Shown: positions 19,903 through 28,394 of the stretch, piece after piece
Layout of the letters: every line of letters begins with the position of its first letter
How positions within the stretch are numbered: position 1 is the first letter of the stretch
Assembly: GCA_022560375.1 (NCBI GenBank)
Contig: JADFTK010000001.1
Location: 1 to 62,519 of the forward strand
Direction: 5' to 3'
Length of the DNA stretch: 62,519 bases
Source of the DNA: Patescibacteria group bacterium
GTDB lineage: Bacteria > Patescibacteriota > Patescibacteriia > UBA10025 > JAHIVO01
The notes under the pieces: model-generated
The model's database searches: none
The model's input: the letters and a program-made list of their open reading frames with translations, nothing else
What the model was told of the DNA's origin: nothing
Translations under genes and position numbers: made by a program

Positions 19903-19989
19903 ACAGCCTCGGAAAATTGCGTCATTCAATAGCGGTCCAAAATAACTGACCGTTTTTATTAAAAGTTACAAGTTTGGTATAATTAGTAC

Positions 19990-21291
19990 ATGAGAATAAC
20001 TCAATTAGACATAAAAAAATACAAAAGTATACAAAAATTTTCCCTGGATAATCCTGGGAAAATACATATTTTTATTGGTGAAAACAACGCCGGTAAAACC
20101 AACATTATAGACGCCATTCACCAGCTTTATTCGAGTGATAAACAGAGATTACAATATGCTCAAACTAAGCTGTCAATTGAATTTTCCTTGAAGGGAAAAG
20201 TTAGCGGTAATTTGATAGTAACCCAAAATGGAGCAAAGAAAAAGTTTACCCTAGATGGCAAGATGATATTCGCCAAAAAAGCAAAAAAAATCTTGAGAAG
20301 TCATATAATCAGACTGTCAGCTGTAAACAAGCTAGATTTAAAAAAACTTCAGTCCGATTACTCTGTTTTTTCCTCAAGGCACAAGAAAATGTTCAGTATA
20401 TTCCAAAACATCCTAGCTTCACAATTCAAGGATATAAAAATTCCTAAAAATATCATCCAAGAATCATTTGGTAAAGAGAAACCAGGAAAGTACCCGCAAC
20501 ATCGATTAGGTGATGGTTTTAAGCAAGTTTTTATAATTTTAATGTACTTATTTGACCCTCAGTATACGATATTGTTATTAGAGGAACCGGAAATTCATTT
20601 GCACCCATCTTTGGTAAAAAAGTTATTAAGGATACTAGAAACAAAGAATTTAGATAATCAGATTTTTATTACAACCCACTCACCATTATTAATACATCCT
20701 GGTAATCTCCACAGATTGTTCAGAGTCACTAAAGAGTCGGGGGTAACTAAGGTCCACTCACCGAGAATATCTGGTCGTAAGCTAGACCTAAACCGTTTAA
20801 GGCAGGAATTGAACGCCGAGAATACCGAAATGTTTTTTTCTGATGTAGTTTTGCTGGTCGAGGGGCCGTCCGATCATATATTGATGAGAGGATTAATAGA
20901 CAGATTTTATAAAGGAAAAAATGACATTAAAGTAATCCAAATTTTTGGCAAAAGTAACGTGGATTTATACGCCGAATTGCTAGAAATATTCCATGTTCCT
21001 TATGTTGTTTTACTTGATCGTGACGCCCTGTATGACAGCGGCAGTAAAAAGGTAAAAAAAATAGTCGGTTCGAATTTTGCTGAGACGGAGCAAAGGAATA
21101 TAAATCTACTGAAAAAGCAAAATATATTCATACTTCCCAACGGAAGTATCGAAAATAACTATCCTAGAAAATATCAAAAAAGACGCAAGCACAAGCCCCA
21201 AAACGCACTTTATGCTGCTACTAGAATTACAGAGCAAGAATTCAACTCCTCAAAAATGAAATACATAAAAGAGGTCATAGACAGTTTATAA
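19990..21291 (+). CDS. OLD-family ATP-dependent nuclease (ABC ATPase + TOPRIM)
   Basis: GENNAGKT, LLEEPEIHLHP, TTHS; TOPRIM LVEGPSD...DRD. Confidence 0.88.
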   Translation: MRITQLDIKKYKSIQKFSLDNPGKIHIFIGENNAGKTNIIDAIHQLYSSDKQRLQYAQTKLSIEFSLKGKVSGNLIVTQNGAKKKFTLDGKMIFAKKAKKILRSHIIRLSAVNKLDLKKLQSDYSVFSSRHKKMFSIFQNILASQFKDIKIPKNIIQESFGKEKPGKYPQHRLGDGFKQVFIILMYLFDPQYTILLLEEPEIHLHPSLVKKLLRILETKNLDNQIFITTHSPLLIHPGNLHRLFRVTKESGVTKVHSPRISGRKLDLNRLRQELNAENTEMFFSDVVLLVEGPSDHILMRGLIDRFYKGKNDIKVIQIFGKSNVDLYAELLEIFHVPYVVLLDRDALYDSGSKKVKKIVGSNFAETEQRNINLLKKQNIFILPNGSIENNYPRKYQKRRKHKPQNALYAATRITEQEFNSSKMKYIKEVIDSL

Positions 21292-22376
21292 TGGCATTAG
21301 TCACTGATCGAAAAAAAGTATTTGTAGCCATGTCGGGAGGTGTCGACTCATCGGTCGCCGCTTATCTTTTACTACAGCAGGGTTTTGACGTAACTGGAGT
21401 ATTTATGAAAAATTGGTCAGATCCGTTAGCGGATAAATGTCCATGGGAGGATGACTTAAAAGATTTTATTAGTGTCTGTCATAAACTTAAGATTAAATCA
21501 AAGATTGAGATATTTGAAGAACAGTATAGAAAAAAAATAGTTAAATACCTAATCGATGGCTATAAAAAAGGCTTAACCCCCAATCCGGACATGCTGTGCA
21601 ACAAAGAAATAAAATTCAAGTTGTTTCTGGATAAAGCCAGAAAATTGGGCGCGGATTATATAGCTACTGGCCACTATGTCATCAGTAAAAGTGAAAAGGT
21701 AAAAGACAAAACTATATATTACCTTTTTATGGCCAAGGATTCCAATAAAGACCAGTCGTATTTTTTATCCCTGTTAAATCAGTCTCAATTAAAATATTCA
21801 CTATTTCCGATTGGTAATTTACTAAAACCGGATGTCCGAATAATTGCCAAAAAAGCCGGCATACCTGTTTATAATAAAAAAGATAGCCAGGGTATTTGTT
21901 TCATTGGCAAGGTGAAGTTTAGCGATTTTATCAGAACTTTCATCCCCTCCAAATATGGGAATATAGTCACCACTTCAGGTGAGATTATTGGTCGGCATGA
22001 TGGCTTGCCATTTTATACTATTGGACAGAGACATGGGTTAAAAGTTGGCGGGGGCACGCCGTATTATGTGGTAAAAAAACAAAAAAAGGAAAATAATCTC
22101 GTAGTCTCCAAAGGAGCTAAGGATAAATCCCTGTATAGTCTATCAGCTAATATAAGCAATTTTAGCTGGATAAGTGGAGTACCTCCTAGTTTTCCGATTA
22201 ATTGTTTTGCGAAGATTAGATATCGCCAAAAATCGCAAAAATGCGTGGTCGTTAAGAAAGGCGATCGTTTGCTTATTAAATTTAATAAGATGCAGCGGGC
22301 GATTACACCGGGGCAATTCGCTGTTTTGTATGATAAAAAAATGCTTTTGGGTGGTGGAGTAATTATGGCTGAATAG
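21291..22376 (+). CDS. mnmA: tRNA 2-thiouridine(34) synthase MnmA
   Basis: AMSGGVDS, TPNPDMLCN, ATGHY, KDQSYFL, DSQGICF, TPGQ. Confidence 0.97.
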   Translation: MALVTDRKKVFVAMSGGVDSSVAAYLLLQQGFDVTGVFMKNWSDPLADKCPWEDDLKDFISVCHKLKIKSKIEIFEEQYRKKIVKYLIDGYKKGLTPNPDMLCNKEIKFKLFLDKARKLGADYIATGHYVISKSEKVKDKTIYYLFMAKDSNKDQSYFLSLLNQSQLKYSLFPIGNLLKPDVRIIAKKAGIPVYNKKDSQGICFIGKVKFSDFIRTFIPSKYGNIVTTSGEIIGRHDGLPFYTIGQRHGLKVGGGTPYYVVKKQKKENNLVVSKGAKDKSLYSLSANISNFSWISGVPPSFPINCFAKIRYRQKSQKCVVVKKGDRLLIKFNKMQRAITPGQFAVLYDKKMLLGGGVIMAE

Positions 22377-22417
22377 TAATATTTTACAGCCTTCGAAAAT
22401 AGCTATATAATTCGAAT

Positions 22418-24235
22418 ATGACATCTGGCAAAATCAGAAAGAAGTTTCTAAACTACTTTAAGAAAAATAATCACTCGGTAGTAGAGTCATCTTCATTATG
22501 GCCGCAAGATGATCCGTCAGTGTTGCTGACTACTGCGGGGATGCAGCAATTTAAGCCATATTTTTTAGGAGATAAAAAGGTAAAAAAAGATTTTAATAAA
22601 AATTCTTTAACCTCGTCCCAGCGATGCTTTCGTACCTCTGATATTGAATTAGTGGGTGATGCAACCCATAGTACTTTTTTTGAGATGCTAGGAAATTTTT
22701 CTATGGGCGGGTATTTTAAGGAGGAGGCCATAAAATATGCTTGGGAATTTTTAACTGACGAGTTAAAAATTTCAGGAAACAAGATGTGGGCTACCTATTT
22801 TAATGGCGATAAAAATGTATCGGAAGATGGGGAGACGGTAAAAATTTGGAAAAAGTATTTACCAAAAAAAAGAATTATTGGTTTTGGACGAGATGAAAAT
22901 TGGTGGGGTCCACCCGGTAAAACCGGGCCCTGTGGGCCTAGTTCTGAAATTCATTTTGACTTCACAGGGAAGCCATGTGACAAGGGTGCTGAGTGCTTAC
23001 CTAATTGTGACTGCGGCAGGTTTATGGAATTATGGAACCTAGTCTTCATGCAGTACAAGATCGATTCAAGCAAGAGAATAAAGGAATTACCGAGTAAAAA
23101 TATCGATACTGGCATGGGCCTTGAAAGACTGACCATGTTGCTACAAAAAAAGTACAACATTTTTGATACGGATCTATACCAAAGTGTTACTAAAGATATC
23201 ATGAAGGATAAAAATTTTGGATCCACAACCGCAAACGAGGATATACGGCGCAGCAGGATTGTCGCGGATCATATTAAAGGTTCGGTATTTTTAATAGCGG
23301 ATGGGATTTCATTCAGCAATAAGGAGCAGGGTTATATATTGAGAAGAGTTTTTCGACGGGCACTAGATCAGTACCTGTACCCTAAATTTAACCTCATCGA
23401 TATAGTTGATAGAATCATAGCAATATATAGAGAACAGTATCCTTTTTTAGTCGCCAAAAAAGATGATGTATTGGCAAAAATGGACAGAGAGATAAAAACT
23501 TATGATAAAATTCTCAAAACGGATATAGCAGAAATTTCTAAAAAAATAATTAGCAGTAGAAGTCCAGCTAGGAAATTATACGTCAATGAATACTCAGCTA
23601 GGAAATTAACGGCTCAAGAGGCTTTCAAATTGTACTCGACTTACGGACTATCATCCCAAAGGCTAAGAAGAAAAGGATATGAATTTGATGAAGCCGAATT
23701 TAAAAAGGAAATCATCAAGCATCAAAAGCTGTCAAAGTCTTCCGCGGTAAAAAAATTTGGTGGACACGGATTAAATAGTAGTGAGTTGCCTGAGGACGAC
23801 AGAAAAATTATGACGCGGCTACATACAGCGACTCATTTATTGCAACAGGCATTAAGGGACGTTCTGGGTGATCATGTTCGCCAACAGGGATCAGATATTA
23901 CCCCCGCCAGATTACGCTTTGATTTTGAGCATCCGGCCAAATTAACAGACGATCAAAAAAAGAAAGTAGAAGAAATAGTCAACGGTAAAATTGAATTAGA
24001 TTTAAAAATAACTAGCACCGAGATGTCATATCAGGAGGCGATAGATACAGGGGCCTTAGCTTTTTTTGGGGAAAAATATGGGGATAAGGTCACTGTGTAT
24101 TCCGTTGGTGACTACTCGAAAGAGCTGTGCGGAGGCCCTCATGTAAATAAATCCGGTTCCATCGGGAAATTTAGCATAATCTCAGAAAAGTCATCATCAG
24201 CTGGTATAAGGCGTATAAAAGCAATCGTCGAATAG
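22418..24235 (+). CDS. alaS: Alanine--tRNA ligase, short form (no C-Ala domain)
   Basis: TTAGMQQFK, FFEMLGNFS, GPCGPSSE, IDTGMGLER, HTATHLL, ELCGGPH, GIRRI. Confidence 0.96.
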   Translation: MTSGKIRKKFLNYFKKNNHSVVESSSLWPQDDPSVLLTTAGMQQFKPYFLGDKKVKKDFNKNSLTSSQRCFRTSDIELVGDATHSTFFEMLGNFSMGGYFKEEAIKYAWEFLTDELKISGNKMWATYFNGDKNVSEDGETVKIWKKYLPKKRIIGFGRDENWWGPPGKTGPCGPSSEIHFDFTGKPCDKGAECLPNCDCGRFMELWNLVFMQYKIDSSKRIKELPSKNIDTGMGLERLTMLLQKKYNIFDTDLYQSVTKDIMKDKNFGSTTANEDIRRSRIVADHIKGSVFLIADGISFSNKEQGYILRRVFRRALDQYLYPKFNLIDIVDRIIAIYREQYPFLVAKKDDVLAKMDREIKTYDKILKTDIAEISKKIISSRSPARKLYVNEYSARKLTAQEAFKLYSTYGLSSQRLRRKGYEFDEAEFKKEIIKHQKLSKSSAVKKFGGHGLNSSELPEDDRKIMTRLHTATHLLQQALRDVLGDHVRQQGSDITPARLRFDFEHPAKLTDDQKKKVEEIVNGKIELDLKITSTEMSYQEAIDTGALAFFGEKYGDKVTVYSVGDYSKELCGGPHVNKSGSIGKFSIISEKSSSAGIRRIKAIVE

Positions 24236-24251
24236 ACTAAATCATTATATC

Positions 24252-24279
24252 TTGACAGCATTTTGAGCGTTGTTATAAT
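24252..24279 (+). promoter_or_regulatory. Promoter of the infA-rpoA-rpsI cluster
   Basis: TTGACA, 16 bp, TATAAT with TG extension. Confidence 0.75.
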
Positions 24280-24407
24280 AGAATACATCATTACAAAATA
24301 TTAATTTCTGTGAAACAAGCATTAGGCAAGAAAATGGCTACTTAAGTACTGTTTTTAGTATAATCTTGCCCTTAAGGTAAGATTTTTTATTATATATATG
24401 CCAACAT

Positions 24408-24659
24408 ATGGATATTAATAAGGATAGTAGAGGCTCATCAAAAGCAAATAAAAAAGGTTTTATAGAGGTTGTTGGGGAGGTGGAGGAATTACTTCCTGCC
24501 GCTAACTTTAGAGTCAAACTGGAGAATGGGCATATGATTCAAGCTCATTTGTCAGGACGAATGAGGATGCACAAAATTAGAATTCTTCCAGGAGATAAAG
24601 TCAAATTAGAGATGACTCCATATGATTTAAGCAAGGGACGAATAACATACCGTCAGTAA
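24408..24659 (+). CDS. infA: Translation initiation factor IF-1
   Basis: [42 protein letters not shown]. Confidence 0.97.
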   Translation: MDINKDSRGSSKANKKGFIEVVGEVEELLPAANFRVKLENGHMIQAHLSGRMRMHKIRILPGDKVKLEMTPYDLSKGRITYRQ

Positions 24660-24661
24660 TT

Positions 24662-24775
24662 ATGAAAGTAAGATCATCAGTAAAAAAGATGTGTACTAAG
24701 TGCCAGACAATACGGAGAAAGAAGCGTGTCTATGTTATTTGTGAAAACCCGAAACATAAACAGAGACAAGGATAG
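24662..24775 (+). CDS. rpmJ: 50S ribosomal protein L36, zinc-binding form (not in the ORF track)
   Basis: [37 protein letters not shown]. Confidence 0.97.
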   Translation: MKVRSSVKKMCTKCQTIRRKKRVYVICENPKHKQRQG

Positions 24776-24781
24776 AAATTT

Positions 24782-25174
24782 ATGGCAGCTCGTATAGCAG
24801 GAGTTACATTACCACCTAATAAAAATATAATTATTTCACTTTCCTACATTTTTGGCATTGGTCTGACATTGTCCAGGAAGATTTTAGAGGAAGCAAAGAT
24901 TAACGAGAATGCCAAAACAGATTCACTTAATGATGCGGAAGTTAATAAGTTACGTGATATTATTGAAAATAAGTACCGAGTAGAAGGGGAATTAAAGAGG
25001 GAAATTTTATTGAATATTAAAAGATTAAAAGAGATAGGTACCTACCGAGGTTCTAGGCACGCTAAGGGATTGCCCGTACGTGGTCAGCGTACAAAAACCA
25101 ACAATAGAACTGTTAGAGGAAATGTCCGAAAGACTATGGGATCTGGCAGGCGTTTAGCATCGGATAAAAAATAA
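24782..25174 (+). CDS. rpsM: 30S ribosomal protein S13
   Basis: ARIAGV, YRG.RH..GLPVRGQRTKTN. Confidence 0.97.
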   Translation: MAARIAGVTLPPNKNIIISLSYIFGIGLTLSRKILEEAKINENAKTDSLNDAEVNKLRDIIENKYRVEGELKREILLNIKRLKEIGTYRGSRHAKGLPVRGQRTKTNNRTVRGNVRKTMGSGRRLASDKK

Positions 25175-25189
25175 ATTTATATTAAAGAA

Positions 25190-25597
25190 ATGCCAACAGC
25201 TCGTAAAAAGGGAAAAAAATACATAAAAAATAAGTCAAAGCAGAAAAAGAATGTTCTTCATGGCAAAGTTTTTATTCAGGCGACCTATAATAACACTCTA
25301 GTGACTATAACGGACGAAAATGGTAACACGCTTGCCTGGTCGTCAGCTGGGCATTTGGGGTTCAAGGGGCCTAAAAAAGCCACCCCCTATGCAGCTAGCG
25401 TTATAGTTAAGGATGTTGCGGAAAAGGTGAAGCCTTTTGGTTTACGCAGCGTCGATGTTTTTGTAAGAGGTGTAGGTTCGGGACGTGAATCTGCCATTAG
25501 GTCACTCAATGCCAATAATATAAATGTTCAATCAATTAAGGATGTCACACCTATACCACATAATGGGGTACGTCCAAAAAAACCAAGAAGGGTTTAA
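25190..25597 (+). CDS. rpsK: 30S ribosomal protein S11
   Basis: NNTLVTITD, KKATPYAA, DVTPIPHNG.RP. Confidence 0.97.
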   Translation: MPTARKKGKKYIKNKSKQKKNVLHGKVFIQATYNNTLVTITDENGNTLAWSSAGHLGFKGPKKATPYAASVIVKDVAEKVKPFGLRSVDVFVRGVGSGRESAIRSLNANNINVQSIKDVTPIPHNGVRPKKPRRV

Positions 25598-25603
25598 AAA
25601 TAA

Positions 25604-26218
25604 ATGGGAAGGTATCTAGGTCCTAAGCATAAATTATGTAGAAAGTTTGGAGAAAAACTTTGTGATTCTCCCAAGTGCCCAGTGATAAAAAGACCTTATC
25701 GGCCTGGTCAACACGGTCCTAAGAGGCCACCTCGCCTTTCTGAGTATGGCCTGCAACTTAGAGAGAAGCAAAAAGCTTCCGGGATATATCGCGTTTTCGA
25801 AAAACAGTTTCGAAACTACTATAACAAAGCTAAAAGGCGTTCCGGGGACACAGGGGAAAATCTCGTGCAGTTACTAGAGATTAGACTGGATAATGTGATT
25901 TACCGATTTGGGTTTGCTAAGACTCGCGATTCATCGAGGCAGTTTATAAGTCATGGGCACGTAACTGTCAACGCCAAAAAATTAGACATACCATCCTACC
26001 AGGTAAAAATAGGGGATGTGATAGCTATCAAGACCCCAAGTCTGGATAAAATACTTTTCAAGGAAATCGTCAAATCAATAAATAAGAAGGATATCCCTTC
26101 TTGGCTTTCTCTGGAGGATGAAAAAATATTAAAAGGAAAAGTAGTCAGCCTGCCGGTTAAAGAACACCTCCAGCAAGGATTCGACACTTCACTAATTATT
26201 GAATTTTATTCGCGTTAA
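25604..26218 (+). CDS. rpsD: 30S ribosomal protein S4
   Basis: MGRYLGP, PGQHG, YGLQLREKQK, LE.RLDN, IEFYSR. Confidence 0.97.
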   Translation: MGRYLGPKHKLCRKFGEKLCDSPKCPVIKRPYRPGQHGPKRPPRLSEYGLQLREKQKASGIYRVFEKQFRNYYNKAKRRSGDTGENLVQLLEIRLDNVIYRFGFAKTRDSSRQFISHGHVTVNAKKLDIPSYQVKIGDVIAIKTPSLDKILFKEIVKSINKKDIPSWLSLEDEKILKGKVVSLPVKEHLQQGFDTSLIIEFYSR

Positions 26219-26238
26219 AAATTAATTAAACCAGAATT

Positions 26239-27096
26239 ATGGAAAAGCTTCCTCTTCCCGAATCATTTAAATCTAAACCACTGGATAATAATCAGTCCGA
26301 GATCGTTATTGAGCCATGTTATCCCGGATACGGCAATACGATAGGCAACGCCCTTCGCCGTGTTTTATTTTCTTCACTCCCTGGTGCGGCAATAACCTCA
26401 GTAAAAATTAAGGATGTAACTCATGAGTTCGCCACAATTCCTGGTGTAAAAGAGGATGTAGTTGAAATAATAATGAATTTAAAAAGGTTGAATTTTGTGC
26501 TCCACGGAACGGATGAGGTAAAAGCAAGCCTCAAAGTCAAAGGTGCCAAAAAAGTCAAAGCTAAAGATCTAAAGATTACCAGTGATACAGCGCTGGGGAA
26601 CCCTGAGGAGCTAATAGCTACCCTTACTGATAAAGATGCCGAATTTGAAATAGAGATTACCATCAAAACCGGTAGGGGTTATGTACCAGTCGAGAATATT
26701 GAAAAAAAGCAAATTCAACTCGGTACTATTGCTATCGATTCTATTTATACCCCGGTAGTGAATGTAAATTTTACCGTAGAGAATGTCAGAGTTGGTCAGA
26801 TGACAAACTATGATAAATTACTTATACAAATAACCACTGACGGCACGATTACCCCTGAGGAAGCCCTGAAGTCATCTGCCAGTATTCTGGTTGATCATTT
26901 TTCCGCGGTAGCTATGTTTGGGGATAATAAGAAAGTAAAAATCGATAAAGCTGATAAAGCTGAAGATCCCAATACGTTGAAGTCTGATGAGAATGAAGAA
27001 GAAAATAATGATGAAAAAGGAAGCAAAGCTGATGATATAACTATTGACAGTAAAGTAAAGAAGAAAAGGGGTAGACCTAAAAAAAGCGATAAGTAG
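26239..27096 (+). CDS. rpoA: RNA polymerase alpha subunit lacking the canonical CTD; charged tail ending in an AT-hook
   Basis: EP..PGYG.TIGNALRR.L, HEF.TIPGVKED, GRGYV, VENVRVGQ.T.YDKL; ends KKKRGRPKKSDK. Confidence 0.96.
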   Translation: MEKLPLPESFKSKPLDNNQSEIVIEPCYPGYGNTIGNALRRVLFSSLPGAAITSVKIKDVTHEFATIPGVKEDVVEIIMNLKRLNFVLHGTDEVKASLKVKGAKKVKAKDLKITSDTALGNPEELIATLTDKDAEFEIEITIKTGRGYVPVENIEKKQIQLGTIAIDSIYTPVVNVNFTVENVRVGQMTNYDKLLIQITTDGTITPEEALKSSASILVDHFSAVAMFGDNKKVKIDKADKAEDPNTLKSDENEEENNDEKGSKADDITIDSKVKKKRGRPKKSDK

Positions 27097-27099
27097 CTA

Positions 27100-27468
27100 A
27101 TGAAACACAGAAAAAAAGATAAAAAATTGGGCCGAGATAAGTCTTCGAGGCGCTCATTGACTAAAAATCTAGTCAAATCTTTTTTCCTTTACGAACAACT
27201 AAAAACAACAGAGGCCAAGGCAAAATTTATCAAACCAGTTATTGAACGCCTGATCACCTTGGGCAAGAATAACAACTTGCACACACGCAGGCTACTTATA
27301 AAAAAAACTGATAGCCGCTCAACCACCAATCTAATACTAAATAAAATATCACCGAAGTACAAGGGACGGCAGGGTGGATATACGAGAATCACAAAAATTA
27401 ATAACCGTCAAGGCGATGGTGCCGTAGTGGTTGTGCTAACTTTAGTTGAAAATGATGAAAAAAAATAG
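27100..27468 (+). CDS. rplQ: 50S ribosomal protein L17
   Basis: MKHRK..KKLGR, TTEAKAK, R.GGYTRI. Confidence 0.96.
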   Translation: MKHRKKDKKLGRDKSSRRSLTKNLVKSFFLYEQLKTTEAKAKFIKPVIERLITLGKNNNLHTRRLLIKKTDSRSTTNLILNKISPKYKGRQGGYTRITKINNRQGDGAVVVVLTLVENDEKK

Positions 27469-27823
27469 TGCCACAACAAAACTAAAGAGTTATACGATTG
27501 ATGCCAGTAATCGAGTCGTCGGTCGTTTAGCTAGTGAGGTAGCTACCATAATCAGGGGGAAAACTAGTGCTGAATATTCTCCACACGTGTTACCTCAGGT
27601 AAACGTTACCATATTGAACATAGATAAAATTAAAATTTCCGAAAAAAAATTAGACTCCACGTTCTATTATCATTATAGTGGATATCCAGGTGGTATGAAA
27701 AGTAGAAGTGTCAGAGATTTTTTTGAAAAAAGTCCAAAGTCTTTATTTCTGAAAGTGATAGATAATATGATTCCGGCCAATAAATTAAAGAAAAGTATTT
27801 TAAAGAGAATAAAGTTTGAGTAA
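27452..27823 (+). CDS. rplM: 50S ribosomal protein L13
   Basis: IDA...VGRLAS.VA...RGK, YYHYSGYPGG; ATG 27452 or 27455 more likely than TTG 27446. Confidence 0.94.
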   Translation: MMKKNSATTKLKSYTIDASNRVVGRLASEVATIIRGKTSAEYSPHVLPQVNVTILNIDKIKISEKKLDSTFYYHYSGYPGGMKSRSVRDFFEKSPKSLFLKVIDNMIPANKLKKSILKRIKFE

Positions 27824-27829
27824 TTACCT

Positions 27830-28390
27830 ATGGTCAACAAGAAAATAACTAAAAAGAAAAGTGAGGCCCCAGTCGTCAAGAAAAAAAGTACTGCGGTAAA
27901 AAAGAGGCCAGCGAAAAAAACGTTAAGTAAACCTAAAGTGAGCAAGGTAAAAAAAGAGCTCAAGGATGACAAGGTTGTTGAATCGGAGTCAAAAATTAAG
28001 TATGATTTCAAGTTTGCAGTGGGGCGGAGAAAGCAGGCGGTCGCTAGAGTACGTTACTATGCCAAAGGAGACGGGGAAATCATCATAAATGATAAAAAAA
28101 TACAGGAGTACTTTCCTACCATCAGACTGCAAAATATTATATATGAGCCGTTAGTACTGACTAACAAGAAAAATGAGGGTAAATACACCATCAAAGTAAA
28201 AGGTGGTGGGATACGTGGGCAGGCGGACAGTATTCGCCTGGGAATTAGCCGGCTACTTTTCCAGAATGATAAAAATATTAAACCGTTACTAAAAACCAAG
28301 AAATTGCTAACTGTAGATTCTCGAGTCAAGGAAAGAAAGAAGTACGGGCTCAAGAAAGCCAGACGAGCACCCCAATGGCAAAAACGCTAA
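27830..28390 (+). CDS. rpsI: 30S ribosomal protein S9 with Lys-rich N-terminal extension
   Basis: GRRK.AVARV, GGG..GQA, ERKKYGLKKARRAPQWQKR. Confidence 0.96.
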   Translation: MVNKKITKKKSEAPVVKKKSTAVKKRPAKKTLSKPKVSKVKKELKDDKVVESESKIKYDFKFAVGRRKQAVARVRYYAKGDGEIIINDKKIQEYFPTIRLQNIIYEPLVLTNKKNEGKYTIKVKGGGIRGQADSIRLGISRLLFQNDKNIKPLLKTKKLLTVDSRVKERKKYGLKKARRAPQWQKR

Positions 28391-28394
28391 ATTC

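Noticed and set aside
19990..21291. Gabija or retron-associated OLD system
   Set aside because: No UvrD-like helicase or reverse transcriptase adjacent.
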